In this document: positions 60,942 through 64,000 of the stretch, piece after piece
Position numbering within the stretch: position 1 is the first letter of the stretch
Layout: every line of letters starts with the position of its first letter
Source of the DNA: Amphiscolops sp. MND2022
Lineage: Eukaryota
NCBI GenBank assembly: GCA_964187785.1
Contig: OZ076409.1
Location: 40,984,001-41,048,000, forward strand
Length of the DNA: 64,000 bases
Direction: 5' to 3'
The notes under the pieces: model-generated
What the model was told of the DNA's origin: nothing
The model's database searches: none
Seen by the model: the letters and a program-made list of their open reading frames with translations, nothing else
Program-made: the position numbers and the translations under genes

Positions 60942-63100
60942 TTTCCGTCCATATTTCATATGGAAAAGGAAAATATTTAAATCAAACGGTTTTTTTTTAC
61001 AAAATTTGCCAAGAATTTATTTATATCAAAGCTGAAGGGTTTCACCCATAGAATTCATCTGATGCAAAATTAGCATCATGCGGTATGTATTTGTGGAGAT
61101 TTTTGAACTTTTTTGGTTGACCCCGAAGACCCCAGAATGACCCAAAAATGACCCAAAAATGACCCGAAAATAGTAAAAACTGCAAAATTTTCCGATTTTT
61201 ACCGTTTTTATGCAAATGTTGTCAAATTTTTGATAGATTTCGGGGCTTGGAATGTTGAAAGAGAAAAATTTCGTTATCCAAGAGAGGCTTTTTCAAAGAA
61301 ATAAATGCAACTTTATAAAGAAAAAACCCTCAAATTGCGATCGAAATTGAAAAAACTTCCAAAAAGTTCGGATTGTTACCGTTTTTATGCAATTTTTGTC
61401 AAAATTTTGATACACTTGCTAGCTTAGAAAGTTAAAAATCATTCAACAAGGAAAGACTTTGTTATCCAAGAGGCGTCGTCGAAGTTATAAATGCAATTTG
61501 AATTGAAAAAAATTCCTCAAATTCAGACCGAAAATGACAAAAATCCCAGAAACTTCAGATTTTTGAAAATTTCATGCAATTTTTGTCTTTTTTTCGAAAG
61601 ACTTGGTGGCTTAAAAAATCAAAGACGTTCAACAAGGAACCAATTTGTTGTCAGAGAGGCTTTTGTAAAGAATATAACAAAGTTTTCTAATGAAAAAATG
61701 CCCAATTTGCGACCAAAAATGACGAAAACTTCAAATTGTACCAATTTTTTACCTTTTTATGCAACTTTTGTCCAATTTCTAGAAATTTCGGGGATAAAAA
61801 CGTTGAATGCGATCAACAGCGAATGATTTCATTGTCCAATAGGGTTGTTTGCGGAGATAAATGCAGTTTTGTGAAAAAAAACTGCAACAAGGACCACGAA
61901 ATAGTCAACAAATTTTACTTTTTTTACATTGTTGTATTTTCCAACGCAACTTTTGTAAAAACTTCAACCTTTTCCTGGATCAAAACTCTGAAACGGTTCA
62001 AAAACAACTGAAGGCGTTCTCCTGTAGGCTTTTTGATGGGATATGTGCGAGTTTCTGATAAAAATGATAAAAATTCAAGCTTTAATTTGACACAAAAATT
62101 GTCGAAAAGTCCTAAAAAATCCAGTTTATGTAGGTTCTTCATGTTATTTGAGTATCATTTTTGAGAATAATGGTAAGGTAGATGGTTCAAAATATTCCGA
62201 GGTGATAGAATTAGGTATGTAGTTTTCATTCTGATGAGAAAAAACAGTCTTTTACATCAGAAATTTTTCAAGTTTGTCGTTTTTCCTGCAGTTTGTGTTC
62301 AATTTTTTTAAATTTCTGTGATCAAGAAAGTTCAAAACACTCAAAAACGATGAAACTAGCTATGCAGTATGCTATCTTAAAGAGTGTTGGAGTATTTAGC
62401 ATCAAAAGTACTTCAAAAGTGGCCCTGATTAGTCCGATATAAAATGTCTAAATTCATCGTTTCTTATACAAAGTTCCAAATTTTTTGAGAAGTTTCCATC
62501 GTTGGAAGAAGAAAAACCCTCAAAAGCGAACGAATGCGTTGTTCAGTAGGTTTTTTGCAGGTGAATTGCAGTTTCACGTTAGAAAAGAGCCTCAAAATGA
62601 CCCCAAAATAATCGAAAAACGTTTTGGCAGTTGCTTGACAAATTAGTGAATTTCTATTGAAAGTTACCAAGTTTTCGTAATATTCTAAAAGTCTAAATTT
62701 TTTGAGTAGGCATGCAGAATATCCAAAAAAATATATACAATTGTGTATGCAAAAAGTTCGTCAGAATGATTTGAACTTTAGCGAAAATCCGTTTTTTTGT
62801 TTTTGAAATGTTGATTTACTTTTATGTAAACGTTTCGAGCTATTTTGTAATTCAAGAATGAGTGGACCCGTTATTCAAAAAGCGTTTTTCAAAAGACATC
62901 TACAGTTTCTTATAAAAGTTCCTCAAATGACCGCAAAGTTGTCGAAAAGCAAAAATCAACAATGTTTGATATTTTTTCAACTTCACGCAAATTTAAAGAA
63001 AATTTGATTGGTTAGGTTACACGCAATCTGACGAAAAAACAAATAGGTGTTTGGTGTCTTCTTAAAGTGTTTCCTTCTGAAATGGCATAACATTATTTAA
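60942..63100 (+). repeat. Interspersed element with conserved head and degenerate ~185-bp tandem units (copy 2)
   Basis: Head matches 21369-21570; TT(C/T)GTT(A/G)TCCAA-like motif near 61269, 61458, 61644, 61828. Right boundary approximate. Confidence 0.6.
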
Positions 63101-64000
63101 AAAGTGTCAAACCTTTTTCTATCAAACCTCTAAGCGTTTTCATAGTGTAATGGCTACTCTTGAGTCTCAAAAATATGTCATTGCTTGAACAGTTTGGACG
63201 GAAAATATCCTGCTGGTCAGCGGGCGTCTTGTTGAAAATAAAACACGTTTATTATAGTGGTGTATTGTCGTTTGTTTAAATCCGCAAGAACTGACCAGAT
63301 TAGTTCTACTCAATTCTACAGAAATTTAAAATCTTGACATGCTCCATTCGGCACAGTGAACTGAACTCTATACTAAACGCTTTTTTTGATTTAAACAAAA
63401 TATGGTTTTATATCCGTATTTTTTCGTTAAATCCGAAGTAATTGATTTTTTTGGTTGAAAGGAAGCAAAAAATCCTTCGATGAATTGGTAATTCTGGTGC
63501 GAAGAAAAGCAAAAAAGGCCTTTTAGACCCAAAAGGATCCCCTTCTCGGTTTGTTTGGTTCTATGAAAATGAGAATTTATTCAAAAAGAATCCCTGGCGC
63601 TTTGAAGAAAATCTGCGTTTTTGAGCTTTAAGCGGCGCGTCTACTTGTGCCTTTCCCTGGTTGTTTTGCTTGGAGCGATCTTAAACACTCTAGAAAACGT
63701 TGTGAAACTTGCAAAGAACCTTCCAATTTTTATAAGAACTTAATGTACTCTATCAAAGAATGTATAAAGAAATAACGTCACAACATTCGGAAGCAATCAA
63801 ACAGCAAATAAGCACGAAACAACCGACTATCAAAAGCACGAGTTTGAAATTATCCACAAAATCGAACCTTTCAAGCCATCTACTTTTTCATCGTTCAAAA
63901 CTGCTCACAGAACTGTTGCCACTGAAAGGTTCGATTATGTGGATTGGATAATTTCAAATTCTGAATGACATTGAATTCGATTTCTCTCGATATCCATGAG

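Overview
Repeat-rich, AT-rich eukaryotic DNA, probably from an invertebrate; it has spliceosomal GT-AG introns and no prokaryotic signals. (1) 28-18692 is one giant (18.7 kb), nearly intact Ty3/Gypsy LTR retrotransposon with 745-bp LTRs differing at about 15 sites. It has a 2.5-kb non-coding leader and a gag-pro-pol frame broken by a few stops and frameshifts. Its cargo is unusual: a degenerate extra protease-like domain, a Pol tail with an AT-hook and two tandem TARG1/OARD1-like macrodomains, and a ~1430-codon extra ORF in the env position carrying an SGNH-hydrolase-like domain. (2) A decayed MULE transposase follows. (3) A divergent calmodulin-like gene is reconstructed from five exons (27461-59985, +). 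Its 24.7-kb intron holds a decayed minus-strand Gypsy, a tandemly duplicated Mag-like Gypsy with a chimeric shared LTR, and many DINE-1/Helentron-like, CMC and Tc1/pogo non-autonomous elements; a hAT MITE lies in the next intron. All domain calls are by-eye motif recognition, not database searches.
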